Assembly (NCBI GenBank): GCA_013239625.1
Contig: MU053934.1
Coordinates: 12,497,413-12,561,412, forward strand
Reading direction: 5' to 3'
DNA from: Lama guanicoe
Lineage: Eukaryota
DNA length: 64,000 bases
The notes beneath the pieces are model-generated. The model searched no databases. It saw nothing but the letters and a program-made list of their open reading frames with translations, and was not told the DNA's origin. A program made the translations under genes and the position numbers. Positions 22,809 to 36,300 of this stretch are shown one piece after another. Every line of letters begins with the position of its first letter. Within the stretch, counting starts at the first letter, position 1.

Positions 22809-25800
22809 CTACTTTTTCCGTCGGGGGGTCTGGGAACCACTGCTGTTGTTGGGAGCTGGGGCAGCTTGTTTGCTGGCAATGTCCTCTCTGGGGGCTGGCC
22901 TGTGCTTCTCCTCCCTGGCCAGAGGCGGGGACCGGGGGCCCAGTAGGGCCTGCATGACCCTAATGGCGGCCACGGTCAGGAGGAGCCCCCAGAGGATAGT
23001 GGGGGCCTCCAGGGCAGATAGCTGTTTCCGTACCCAGTGGAGGGCCTGGGTCAGGGTGTTGCTGGAGCTGCGGGCCCGAGGTGGGCTCTTGTCCTGTGGA
23101 GGCAGGATTGAGAAAAGTTCAGGGGGCCACCCTGTGGCCACCCTGCCATCTGCCCCAGCCTGGCTAACACCTTTCTACCTGAAGGCCGAATTGCCTGAGC
23201 AGCATGTCCAGCGTCGGGTCCCCCAGGGACACAGGTGGGAAAAATTCCTCCACCCACTGGCGGCGCCACCACTGTCTGCAACAGCACAGGGCGCTCAGGC
23301 GGCGGTGGCGCACAGGCCCAGCATCCCACGGGCCCCAGTACCTGGCTTGGCACCCGGCCTTACCCCTGCTCCCCAGGCTGCGAGAACCAGTACTTATAGC
23401 GCTGAGCTCGCACATAGGTTGGTGGCTGCTTGTGGAAGGGGTATCCAGATGCGTGGTTCTGGATGAGGCGGATCACTGCGGGGGGTGGGGACGGTACTCA
23501 GCATTTGGTGGCTGCCGCGGTCCCGCCCCACCAAGGCCCTGCCCCAGCCCCTTGTGCATCAAGGCCCCGCCCCTCCAACCCAGCCTCACCAGGCTCCTTG
23601 CCCTGCAGCAGGCGAAGGACCAGGCTCGTGAACCAGGGACTGTGCGTGTGGGGGCCCAGGGCCGCGAACCACATCTGCCAATCAAGGCGCGGCTGGTGGG
23701 GTGTCACGATGGGGGGCGGCCGGCTCACGTTCCCGGGCTTGTACATGAACTCAATCTCCTGCCGGGTAGAGTCACCTTAACACAGCCAGTAGGACGTGGT
23801 TCCCCTCTCCCCAACTCCGTGGAGCCAGCCAGGTGCCTTTCACAGGGGACCGGGGGCGCCCTCACCGTCCAGTGATGTCCGTCATAGCTGCCCTCCAGCA
23901 CCACCTCAGGCCGCCCACCCAGACCAGTCATCCGGCGGAAGAGACCATAGGAGTTGGCCAGCTGCAGGTGCTCCACGGTGCCAAACAGGCGGTGGGCTCC
24001 AGTCCAGAGACGTCCATGGGTTGAGGGCTCCATGTAGGAGTATGGCACCTGGAGACAGGTACACAGAGGCTCAGCAACGACCTTCTAGTCCTCTCCCAAC
24101 CCCTCCCCCTCCCCCGAAGGGCTACCCACCAGGCTGATCATGAACAGAGCCACCGTGGCGGTGCCAAAGATGGACAGCTGGACTGCAGCACAGAACTTCT
24201 GCAGCCATCCTTGCACCTGGGTCCACCTGGGGGGCAGGGGACCGAAGTGCAGTCAGGCCTGCCCTGCACAGCCCTATCCCACCCCCTCGGACAGTATACC
24301 TCCAGAGGGCAGTCAGCAGTTCCCAGGCAAGCGAGGCTGCCCCCAGCCACATGGTTGGTAGGGTCACCGTCTTTAGCCACTGGGAGAACTGGTGGAAGGT
24401 GAAGGCTGTGAAAGGAAGAGGGTGTGAGGGGGGCTGGAGAGTGTGAGGAAGGTGGTCCAGCCCCTGCCTTCTGAGCTCATCTCTGGCACTCACTTGTCTT
24501 GGAGTGAACAGCGTGCAGCTCCCAGTCGACCTCCAGGCCAAAGCAGTGTACCATGCCGTAGGCCAGCAGCCCGTAGACTGCCAATTCCAGGAGCAGGGAC
24601 AGCATGGCCAGCAGAGCCTTGGGCCAGGCTGCAGGGCAAGACAGTCATCGGTCGGCTGGGAACAGGGCTGGAGGGTCCATATATGGCCGGGGGCTGGGGT
24701 CACTTGGGGGTGTTGGCACCACCCTGGCGGGCAGCAGGTGGGAGGATGGCTGGCTGCCTGGGACAGGCTGACACTCACAGGTGGGCGTCCTCCTGCGGCG
24801 GCTGTTGCCTGACTTCGCAGGCAGGTGAGCATCATCCAGGAGGGCGGTGGTGAGCACCAGGGTGAGCAGGTTGAAGAAGTTATAGTTGCCCGTGATGATA
24901 ATCAGGACTTGCAGCAAGACCTGGGGAGGGGCTGGACTCAGAGTTCCCAGGGCCGCCCCCTTCCTGGGCCCTTCAGAGCCTGCTTCTAGGCCCCTCTGCA
25001 CCCCACACCTGGGTCTCTCCTTCAGGGACCTGTGCCCTCCTCGTCACCTCCTGGCCTCTGCTGTTCCCACTCCACCTGTTCTGGCCCCCTGCTCACACCT
25101 TCCTTGGCTCCTCACCAAGCTCAGCATGCCTCGTGTGGCCCTTCCCCACCTGCCCCTGCTAACTTAAGGTGAACAGCCTCCAGCGAGGCTGCAGCCTTGC
25201 CCCACAGGCACAGCTTCACACCTCAAGCTAATGCGTTCCTCTGCCCATGAAGCCTTTCTGAAACTGCTGGCACCAGACACCCCATCCCCGCCCTCTGGGC
25301 CCTCTGAGCAGTGCAGAAGAAGGCCATGTCTCTCTGATGGCTGAGGACCCTACCCACCTGGGAGTAAAAGGCAGCCAAGCGCAGGCGGCGAACAGGAGCG
25401 AAGAACAGAGGGGGCACTGCAATCTCGATGAGGAAGGTGGCCACCACGCTGAGCTTGTGCAGCCAGATAGGCAGGTGGTGGGCGAACCAGGAGGCTGGTG
25501 TGGGCAGGCACTGCGTCTCGTAGTGGTAGGTGAGGGCTGCAGGTAACAGGCAGGTGGTCAGAGCTGGGCAGAGCCCCCAAGATGGCCCCATGTCCAGGCA
25601 GGGACCCTCACCGGTGAGCCCCCACCATGCGGGGCAACGGCTGGTCAGCTTGACCACGCCCGATGCAAACATGAGACGAAACAGCAGCCAGCGTACGAGC
25701 CAGAAGGGTAGGCCTTCGTGGGGCGAGGCCCCTGCCACCCTGACCTGGGGAGCCTGCTTGTGGTGGGGGGGCTGCCTCAGAGGGGCCACTAGCACAGCCA

Positions 25801-27007
25801 GGAACCCAGCCTCCAGCAGCAGGGAATCCCTGTGGGGAGAAAGAGTAGCACAAAGGGCCCCTCCCCATCAAGACTGCTCCCCCCGGGGGTCCTCCCAGAG
25901 AGACAAGCACCCCACCCCTCCCACCCACCCAGCCTCCTGCAGCCCCACACCCAACAGTCACTCACCACTGGAAATAAAGAAACACCTGGCCCACCTGCAG
26001 GGAGAAGGGCTGTCAGGGAGCAGGGGGTGTGTGTCTGCAGAGGCAGGCAAGGCAGAGATGGGGTGGGGTGGAGGGTGGATGGGCCTGGACTGAGTTGGTG
26101 ACAAGGGTCCCAGAGGGGCACTTGCCTGGCAGGCAGACAGGTAGGCGGCCCAGAGCAGCAGGTAGGTGAGGAGGTGGCGCAGCTGGGGCAGCAGCAGTGC
26201 ACCCAGGGCCAGCAGGGTGCCCAGCAGGCTCAGAAGCTCCAGGCCCTGGGCTGTGTCCAGCCCCAGCAGTGGCGCCTCCCAGAGCAGTGTCGGGGTCTCC
26301 CACAGCTGCTGCCAGCGTCCCTTTCCCTGTGGCCTCAGCGTCCTCCGTGCAGGGAGGATGCCCTCAGGACCATATAGGCCTGTGGGAGGGCATGTCAGGT
26401 GGACACTGCCCACCAAGGTTAGACAGCCCCCACCTCCCACTGCGACCTAGGTCATGACAGGCAGACTGCAGACTCTGCCCACCACCCCCCCAACCCAGGT
26501 CAAGGCCTGCAGACTCTCCAGATCCACTCAGGCCAGAACCAGCTAACATCCCAACCAAGGTCAGGCCCCAGAAGGCGTGCTCGACTCCGCAGGTCAGGGT
26601 CTGCCACCAGTACATCTCTGTTCCCCTTTCCTTCAGGTCAGAGCCTTCTCTCTCACCAGCCCACTAGGTCTGGCCCCACCCCCACCTCAGGTCACCCCCG
26701 CCCCAGGTCAGAACCCGGAACCCTACTGGAGACGGACCATTCCACCCCTTCCCACCGCCCACACCCTCGCGGCCTGCAGAACACGAACCGCAGCCCCCTA
26801 CCCCAAGCATCAGGGCCTGGACCTCACCCCTCTACCCCGGGACAGCGGAGTGTCCGGTGGGGAGATGAGGGGTCATATGGCGCAGGCTGGGGGTGTCCCG
26901 CCCGCGCCCTCACCTGGAATCTGCGTGTAGAGGGAAGCGAAGGCAAACATGAAGACGGCAGCCATGCCCTGGAGAAAGAGCTGCCGTGGGAGCCGGGAGC
27001 CCGCCAT
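22809..27007 (-). CDS. LMF2: Lipase maturation factor 2, 699 aa, 14 exons
   Basis: Exons 27007-26914, 26379-26126 (GC donor), 25994-25966, 25829-25612, 25536-25358, 24920-24779, 24628-24494, 24405-24300, 24226-24130, 24048-23866, 23758-23590, 23475-23364, 23275-23179, 23093-22809; 2100 nt in frame; LMF motifs [46 protein letters not shown] on minus 22378-22373. Confidence 0.97.
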
Positions 27008-27327
27008 GTCCGCTACGCGGCGGGCTGGACTGGAGCCCGGGGTCACGCCCGGCCCCACCCCGCTCCCCCGTGGCAACTGCAAACCCCGCCCATCCGCCCC
27101 CACGCCGGCACACGCCCCACCCCCACGCGTGCCCCGCCCCCGCGCGCTGAGGTCCCTTCCGTCGCGCTTCGGCCGCGCTACGTTAGAGGTGTGCGCGGGT
27201 CGCCCTGAGCTACGTCATTTCCTGGGCGGGAACAGCAAAATGGCGCCAGAACTAGTGGCGGGCTGAGGCTACTGGCCCCCTCCAAGCCGGAGCTGTGGTC
27301 CCCGGGCCAACCCGGCCCCTCCCGGAC
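27008..27327. promoter_or_regulatory. Bidirectional CpG-island promoter shared by LMF2 and NCAPH2
   Basis: Divergent ATGs only 320 bp apart; GC boxes, ETS-type CTTCCG (~27156), CRE-like TACGTCA (~27211), YY1 CAAAATGGCGCC (27236-27247). Confidence 0.9.
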
Positions 27328-30300
27328 ATGGAGGACGTGGAGGCGCGCTTCGCGCACCTCCTGCAGCCCATTCGGGACCTCACCAAGAACTGGGAGGTGG
27401 ACGTGGCGGCCCAGCTGGGCGAATATCTGGAAGAGGTGAGGGCGGCCCCCGGGGAGTGGCGCGGGGCGCGAGCTGCCGGGCACCCCCGCCGCCTCCTGGT
27501 GTGTGTCCGTCCGGCGCTCTAACCGCACTCGTCCTCAGGCTCGTTTCTTTTATACATCTCTGCCCCGAGAAGACATCCCTTATTAGATTAAGCTGAAACT
27601 GTCATTACAGGTCCAGTGAGCACTGAAATTGATTTAGTGGGTGGTGACCAGCACTTTTCTATAATAGAGTAGAATAGAATTTGTGTGCATGTTTGGGTGT
27701 GTGAGAGATCTGGATCATGATATAAGCGATTTCTTATCTTAGATTTTCAAACCAGTTTCAGGCTACTGCCATGTTCATCTCATCACTATTAATCTTTTCT
27801 CCATATTTGACAACTATGTCTAGACCTCGTTAAGGAGCTGTCCGCTGCATTTCTGTACTCCACTTTTACTCCTCAGCGCACTTGTGTTGCTCTTGCTTAG
27901 ATCAGTAATGACCTCCCTCTTACCAAATCCAAGGGTCACCACAAGTGTCATCCTAGCAGCATTTGTTGGGCTGACCACACCCTCTTTTTTGAAACAGGTT
28001 TTGGTGTTCTGATTTTCTTGCAATTTCCTTGCTGACTGTTTCTCTCCAGTCTCAGTGTTGAGCTCCTCAGGGTGTGGCCTGGGCTATCTCTCTACACCCT
28101 TCCCCTAAACAATCTAATTTATTTCCACGACTTTAGGTATCTCGTGTATGAGAACAATTCCTAAATTGGTTTATTTATCCCCCTGCCCTCCTCCCATTTA
28201 TATTTACATTCCAGGCCTTTTCCCTGAATCTGTTTTGTATATACAGCTACATCTTGACGTTCCACTTAGATGTCACACAAGCACCTCAGACTTAATATAC
28301 TTAAAGGAGAGCTCTTTATGTTCCTGCTCAAATCCCAGTGTTCCTGATCCTGGTACATGGCACCACTGTTAACCAAGGGAAAGCTAAGAAAAGCACACTC
28401 CACACCAGTTCACCCATGAGTTCTGTCAGTTATGCCATCAGAATTTCACTTGAATTCACCCGTTTTCCTTTTTCTCTGGTTCAGGCCACCCTCTGGCTCA
28501 GATTCATGTAAAAACCTTCCTTCCCAGACTCCCTACTGTTGTTTTTGGCCCTATGCAATTCATGCTCCACCCAGCTACAAGTATTATTCTTAAAAGTTGA
28601 AATCAGACTACAGCACTGTCCTGGCTAAAACCTCTCAGTGGCTTTCCACTGCTCTCAGAATAAAATCCAAACTTCTTTCTCTGGGAGTGAGGGGAACAGC
28701 TCATTGGTGGATTAGCTCTGCACAAGGTCCTGAGTTCAATCCCCAGTACCTTCATTAAAAATAAACAAGTAAATCAACCTAATACCCACCACCCCCAAAT
28801 AAAAAACAAGCCTCCCTTCTCTGAATCTGGCACTGCTCACTGCTTTCGCCTTGTCAGGCTCTTCACCTGTTCTTTCCAGCCAGTTAGCCTACAACACCCA
28901 AGCTCATTCTTGGCTGAGGGTTTTATATTTTTTGCCTTTGCTGGGGAATATTCTTCGCCAGTTCTTTTTATGACCGATTCCTTGTTGTCCTGTATGTTTC
29001 AGTGTAAATGCCAGCTGACCACTGTGTCTAAAATAGTTCTCTCTGGTAGTGCCTTCTGTATTTTAGAATGCTCATTACAGGCTGTTCTGTAACTTATTTG
29101 TGGTCTGTTCCCACACCAGCATGTAAATTCTGGGAGGACAGGGACCATGTTCATGCGCTCTTCCCTTTGCTTAATAGAACACCTAGCACATAGTAGGTGC
29201 AGAATAAATGTTTGTAAAAAGAACAGTTGATCTGATGATGGGCCTTACATGCTTGAACGTACAATCTCCTGAGAGAATGCAGAGAACTGTGCCAGGTGGG
29301 GCTACTGCAAACTCAGGCTTCCACATGGAGCAGGGTGCTTGGGGGTGCCTGGTAAACCTACTTCCTTGCTTGGTCAGCTCCCCTCGTGCTTCGTAGGTCT
29401 GCTTTTCCAAACCTTCTCTGCCCTGTGAAGCCCTGGTTTCCCTGCCTCTGGTTTTGTTTTCCTCCTCCTTTCATTTTACACACAGCTACCAGAATACTTT
29501 TTTTCTTTTTTTAAAAACACATTTTATGTTGTAGTTCTGTCTCATCCATTTATTCACTCATAATTGTTGACTGTTGTGTGCTAAGAACCATCAAACACTG
29601 AAGAAACAGTGGCAAGTGAACAGCAGTCCCTGCTTCATTCTTGTGGGAAGTTGGATCTAATGCAGTTACCACCCAGAGTTGTAAACATAACATGCATTCG
29701 GTGCTCACTCAAGTACTGTTTTATGTGCTTTGTGTATATAAAGTCATTTCATCCTCACAAGAGCCCTGTTAGTACAGATACCGGTTCTACAGAGGGGTAG
29801 AGAGGTTAAATGCTCAAAGTCCTGGCTAGCAGGTGCCAGAGCAGAGCCCACCCTCCTCCCCACTCGTGTGTCTTTGTGTAACCACAAACTGCTGAGAGGT
29901 TTGAAAAGAAAGTTGAGGGTTCCATGAAGAGTTTGACTGGGGGACCTAACTTTGGTTTCCTTTTTTTTGTGCCTGTGACCTAACTTTGGGATGAAAGATG
30001 TGGCCTTGTAGCAAGCTGAAAAGTGTTCTATGGTTCTGGGGCGGAAAGTACTTGGCACCGGGGAGGGCCGAGGACTGAAGGGGAGTCTTGTCAGTTGGGG
30101 GCTCTGTTTAGGGTTAGGGTTTTTTTCTAAGAGTGGCAGAAGCCTGTTAGGGTTCTGAGTGGGGTGAGGTAATCTACCTCAGATCTTAAGACAAGCGCTT
30201 AAGACAAGGCAGGAAAATCCAGTTAGTGCTGGCGGCAGGCCAGAGGTGAGGCTGGCTGAGCAAGAGTCCGGGCACTGTGGAGAGGAGCCGGCTGGCAGGA

Positions 30301-33300
30301 TGGAGCGGAACATGGGATCGGCGTGACCTGGGCAGAGGTTGGACAGGGACTGTGAGAGAAGGCGAGAAGGAGCTAAGACCCCAGGTCTCTAGTGGGTGGC
30401 TGGGCGGGTGGGCAGTGGACAGCTAGAGAGCAGTGTGAACCTGTTGAGTGTGAGTTCCGATTAAGACATCCCAGTGGAGTTTGAAGAAGGCAGTTGGACG
30501 TAAGGGTTGGGCTTCAGTGGGAGGTCCAACCCAGAGTGTGCATTTAGGAGTCGTTACAAGGTGAATGGAATGTGAGGTCCTGGGAGCGTTGGAGGAAAGG
30601 GCCACCTCCTCAGCTCAGAGCCCGGGAGGCCTGGCTTCCCTCTCCTTCTGTCCCCTCCCTTCACGTCCACACGTCCAGGATGCTCTGCGCTCCCCCGGAC
30701 CGGTGTGCTCCTGTTTCCTCTCCTTCCCAGACTGACCTCGCAGACTCCCTCTGTCCTCAGGGACGTGTGCCAGAGTGGGGCCCCAGCCCCGCCTCTCTCC
30801 CAGCATGCCCTTTGCTTTGGACGTGTTTGCGTGATACTTGTTTTCCTAACTAGTTGAGTCCTGTGTCTGCTGAGTGCCTTTGTGTGGTGGCCGCTCTTCC
30901 CGAAAGGCCTTTCCCTCCACCTGCCCCGGGAGCAGGCTCTCCCGTCTGTCTCAGCCCCGACACCACCTCTTTGTTCATCAGACCGTGATTGGACTAGAGG
31001 CTGGAGTTACCCTAACATTGCTCACAGTCCCCTGGGGGATGAGAGACCCCAACAGTGTGACAGGACCACCCAGATAGGGCAGCAAAGCCCAAGGCATGTC
31101 TGAGGGAGACTGAAGAGTTTATAGTGGGCATGGCTGAGGGTGGTGTTCCAGGCAGATGGAGATCAAAGGTGAAGAGCTTGAAAACCATGTTAGGCCTTCA
31201 AAGTATTGACCCCGAGAAGAGCAGGGGAGGGGCCAGGCTGTGGGGAAGACCCTGAGTTACAGGTGGAGATAAAGTCTGGGGACAGTGGCACCTCAGTGGA
31301 GATACCTAGTCGGCAGCTGTAAACACAGTCCTGCAGCTGATGAGAGAGCTGGTCTAGATGGGTTTGGAAACTGTTGGCATACAGTCGGTAGACACAGACA
31401 TTCAATGGGTGATTACAAATGGGACTCGGGAGGCTGGGAGAGTTGGATGTTACAGAGAACAGAGGACTCACTTGAAAGTATTTCCTGAGTTTTTTGCTCA
31501 GAGGATTGAGATCCCAGTGTTTTGTCTCTGTCTTCCTCACCCTAGAGGCTCCCCAGTCCTTCTCCCAGGGTGGGGGTCTTCCTGCCACTCTGCCCATATT
31601 GGCCTCGACTAGGAGGGACGCGGTGTGGAGTGCCCCCAGAGAGGAGCTGGTGCATAGCTCTGGTTGTTTGTGGATGATGCACTCTAGGGGCCTCCCTCTT
31701 CCAAAACACCAGGTCTCGGAGGTCACAGGAAGTAGGGGAAATCATGGAGATCTGTCTTTCTGTCCCCCAAAGTGGACAACTGGTGTGTCCCAGACAGCCA
31801 GAGCTGTCAGTCTGAGGGCTGCTCGTGGGACCCGTTGGGGAGAGGTACGTGTAGACTCGCTTCCCACCACCTTGCTCTTGTGTCTTGCAGCTGGACCAGA
31901 TCTGCATCTCTTTTGATGAAGGCAAAACCACAATGAACTTCATTGAGGCTGCACTGCTGATCCAGGGCTCCGCCTGTGTTTACAGTAAGAAGGTGGGTCC
32001 CACTGGCCCTTGGTCTTGGCATTTTAGTATGGGACCGAGGTCTGTGGTCCTGCTGGGGCAGGTGACAGGCTCCCCATCTCTGACCTGCCTCCTCTCTGAT
32101 TCCTTGTGACCTTTTAATGCCAAAGAACAAGCTTGAATTTAAAATCGCAGGGCTCACTTCCAGACACCCAGCAGTGTTCAGGAGAGCCTCATACAACAAA
32201 GGCTTACCCAGTCCAAGGTGGCAGGAGTTCGCAGTCTGTTGTAGAGTAAGGAGAAGCAGAACCACTGGGGAAAACCAGTGTTTGGGACACGCCCACGAGA
32301 AGGAAAGGTCGGAGGAAGGTAACTCAAGAAAAGTCCAGCTGTGGAAGTCAGAGCAACAGGGAATCTCAAGGCTGAAGAAAAAAGACCAAAAAGGTTGAAG
32401 TTAATTCGATCCATACAGTAAGGACTTCCAGATATCTGTGGGGTCTGCAGTGAGAAGGTCGCCAGGGAGTTTAGTGAATGGAGAGCCAGACTGCTGGAGA
32501 TGGGGGGTAATGAGAGATGAGAAGGGCCACAGTAAATGTGGGTTCCTCTTGAGAAATTTTACTGAAAGGGAGGGAAGAGATTGGGTGGTAACTAAAGCAG
32601 TGGCTCTCCACCCAGGCTCCAGTTGGGATGGCTACCAGGGCCTGGACCGCACCCAACAGAGTAAAGCAGATCCAGAATCCCGGGGGTGGGGGGCACGCAG
32701 GCAGGTAGCAGGATTTCTTGAAATATCCTCAGTGACAGCCAGGAGTGAAAACCACAGAGCTAGGGGTGGCGGGCCTGGGTTGGGGGGACAGGGAAGGGGA
32801 GCAGGGAGAGGAAAATGGGTGAGACAGAGTCCCAGGGTCAGGGACCTGGGCTGACCGGCTTGCCTTGAAGAGGGAAAGACACCTTCTCTCAAGACACAGG
32901 GGAGATGAATGTCTATGTAGCAAATTGGGCACCAGCTCTGGGGGTTCATGCCAAAGGTCCTGTCTTCATGATGGAGAATGTAAGTCAACTACTGGCCATC
33001 AGTGACTGGATAGAAATTTGGAGAGTGAAGTTTGGCAAAAGTTCAACATTTTTTTTTTTTTTTGCTGAGGGGAATGCAAAATAAAAGGTTAATGGAAAGC
33101 ATTGCTAGTCTGGGGAAGAGCCCACGCACCATGCTGTCTGCACGGGGACCAGTGGCCACGTTTATGAGACTTCCCTTCAGCAGTGCTCAGCTGCCCCGAG
33201 TATGAGAGCGAGGATTGTGGACCACAGTGCTGGTCTGAAACTGGCATCTAGTTGAGGGGTAGGGACTAAAAGGTGCCCAGGAGGGGAGAGTTTAGTAGTG

Positions 33301-36300
33301 TACTGAGGAGCTCGGTAGTGGGGTCCCAACCAGACAGGAGGGAAAGTAGCCCATGTGTGTGGGGTGGAGTGGACCTACCTCAGCACCAGGAGACATCAAG
33401 ACAGCCTGAGATTTCGTTGGTGTTTGTCCTGCATAATTCCATGAAGTCAGATTCCTGTATCTTGTGCTTGTCTTAAGGAGGAGTGTCTACAACTAACTTT
33501 GAAAGCAGAAAACGTAAGGTGAACTGATACACAAATATGTGGTGAAACAAGTGTAGTGACACGTTAGCATGGGGTCTGGAAGGTGTGTGTGAGGTGTGCA
33601 GGCCGTAGTCAGCACTGACCAGTGGGCTTTCTGGGGGGATGGAAGTATGATCTGTGCTGTCATGTATGTGTGCTCCTGAGCCCCTGAGACATGGCCAATG
33701 TGACGGAAGAGTCTTGAGTTTTACTCACTTTAAATTAAATTTGAATCGATAAAGCCACACGTGGCTGAGGCTGCTGTGTTCGGTAGTGCAGCGCTGGACT
33801 CCTGCACCCCCGGGCGCAGGTCCTTGGGCTCCCACAGACCGAGGTTACCTTGTTTCCGAGTCTCAGTTGACCCTCGTGCACAGTGAGAATAGCAAGAGCT
33901 GGTGACTCGGACAGATGAGATGAAGCAGAGGCCCGTGTGTGGCAGACACCTGCAGAAGCACATGTGTATTGTTTCTGGCGCGTGGGATCTGTGGGTCAGG
34001 TTTTGCTCGCTGTTGTGTTAGGCATGTCAGCCTGGAGGGAGTAGCCCAGAGACAGCCCTTATTCCTGCCCTACTGGTGAGTGCTTTGTGGTCAGGATCTG
34101 GAAAATCCCAACCCTCACCCTGACAGTGGGGCATCCTACTGTGGCCGGAGCTGTGCTGGGGCCAGTGGAGACTCACAGGTGCCCCTGGGAGGGGGAGGCG
34201 GCAGGCTGAGCCTGCAGGGGCAGTGCATGGGGTGCTGGCTGGGGGCAGCACGGATGCAGGCTGCAGGCAGGCTGGTTGGGGTGCCTGGAGGGAGGGCACA
34301 CAGGGCTGCGTTTGGAGCAGGGTGGGTGCCATGCACTGCAGTGGCCACGCCTGCTGCTGCTGTGTGGTGTGGGGACAGAGGAGGAGCAGCAGGGAGCTTC
34401 GGCCCTCAGGTAGTTCTGATGAAATGTACTGGTTCAATTGAAGAAGGGCTTTTGGCAGCCAGATTGGGTAGAATTGTGCTGGAGGTTTTGGAGCGGGCCC
34501 TGAGCATTTTGGGCGGGCCTCTCTGTTCTGCGTCCTCAAGTCTTACTTCTGGTTGGCAGGTGGAATACCTCTACTCGCTGGTCTACCAGGCTCTCGATTT
34601 CATCTCCGGCAAGAAGTGAGTACCAGAAGCACGCGGCAGGAGATGGGGACTGCGCGTCTGCTGTGCGTAGGGCCGGGAGGTCCTGCAGCCTCAGTGATGC
34701 TCGCACGCTGACTCTCTCTCAGGCGGGCCAAGCAGCTTTCCTCTGCCCGGGAAGACGGGGCCGACGGGGATGGCAGCTCTAGGGCCCCCAGGGAGGTGGA
34801 GGACGAGGTGAGATTTTCGGGGTGCGTGGTGTTGGCCGCTGCACCTGCTGGGCGCACCCCTGAGCTCTTGGTCTCCCCACAGTTCCTGTTGCTGGATGAC
34901 CTCCCCGACTCCCGCACTAACGTGGATCTGAGGGGTGATCAGGCCCCCAGTGTGAGTGCCCCTCCCCTGTGGGTGGGGGCCACTCTTAGCTGATGAGGGT
35001 GTTGGAAGGTGGTGTAGTGCACATGGGCTCCCCGCCCAGATCCATGGCCCACCTGTTCTCGGCCTCTGTGCAGGACACCCTCATCGTCCCCCTCCTGCCT
35101 ATGGCCCTGGTAGCCCCGGATGAGATGGAGAAGAACAGTAACCCCCTATACAGGTGTGGGCCTGAGCCCAGTGGGCGGGGGCTGGGGTATGCTGGGAGGG
35201 GGCTCTACTGCCTGTGTTTCTGCTAGCACAGCTGTCATGGGGAGGTCCTGGCCAGCCGGAAGGATTTCAGGATGAATACGTGCACCCCCCACCCCGGAGG
35301 AGCCTTCATGTTGGAGCCAGGGGTCATGTCCCCTGTGGAGGCCCTGCTGCCGAGGGACCAGAAGTGTGAGGCTTGGGCACCGGGGGCCTGGTGGGAAGGC
35401 AGGGTCTTCGGGGTGGGCTATTTGTCAGGTACCCTGTGCTCACCAGCTCTGGATCTGGGAGCCCCTCCCTCACCAGGCACCCGCTCTGAAGACGGGGCCC
35501 CTTTGCCCATCTTTGCCCACAGCCAGATCCGTCCCAGGGTGCCTGAGTCCTGCACCTGCTCTGTGCTCCCCTCCCCGGCCCTGGCTCTGCCGGGTCCCTG
35601 GGAGGGGCCTTCTGCAGGGGAGTTGGGCCTACCCCGTTCAACCCCCCGTCTTTCCCAGTGGCTGGGAGGGCTGAGGAGCAGCCAATGGAAGTCTCTGTGT
35701 GCAGAAGTCTGGCCCCTGTACTCAGCGTCTCCCAGGAGCCAGGTGAGGAGAGAGCTCCCTGGTGGACTTGCGGGTGGGAGTAGGGGAACTCTACTTGGGG
35801 TTGCACTCAGGCAGCCCAGCCTGCCCACCTCTGCCCCTTGTTGGGGGTGAGGCATTGGGGCAGGCCTCTGAGGTTTGGACCCACCCCCTCCTCTCCAGGC
35901 AGACATAGGTGGCAGCATTTAAAGAGGAAGATTTCTAACGCATAAAATGAACCAAACGAGACGCAGCAGCAGATGAGAGTGTAACATGCTCTGCTGTTCT
36001 CTCTGGTTCTGACAGACGCAGCTGAGGGGGAGGCAGCTCCCCATTTGCTGTCTGGTCTTCAGGCTCCCTGGGACTGACCAGTTTCTTGCTTCCCTGCCCA
36101 GGCACCTCACTGGAAGGCCCAGTGCCTGGATATAGGGATGACGAAGAGGATGCAGAGGGGGCGGCAGTGCTCCCCGAGGCCGTGGCCCCCGAGGTCCCTA
36201 TGGAGCCCCAGGAGCCCAGGAGTCCAGAGCAGGTGGGACCCACAGTGAGGCCTGCCAAGCTTCAGCCCTCAGCCAGGCCAGCCCTGGCGGGGGCAGCCAC

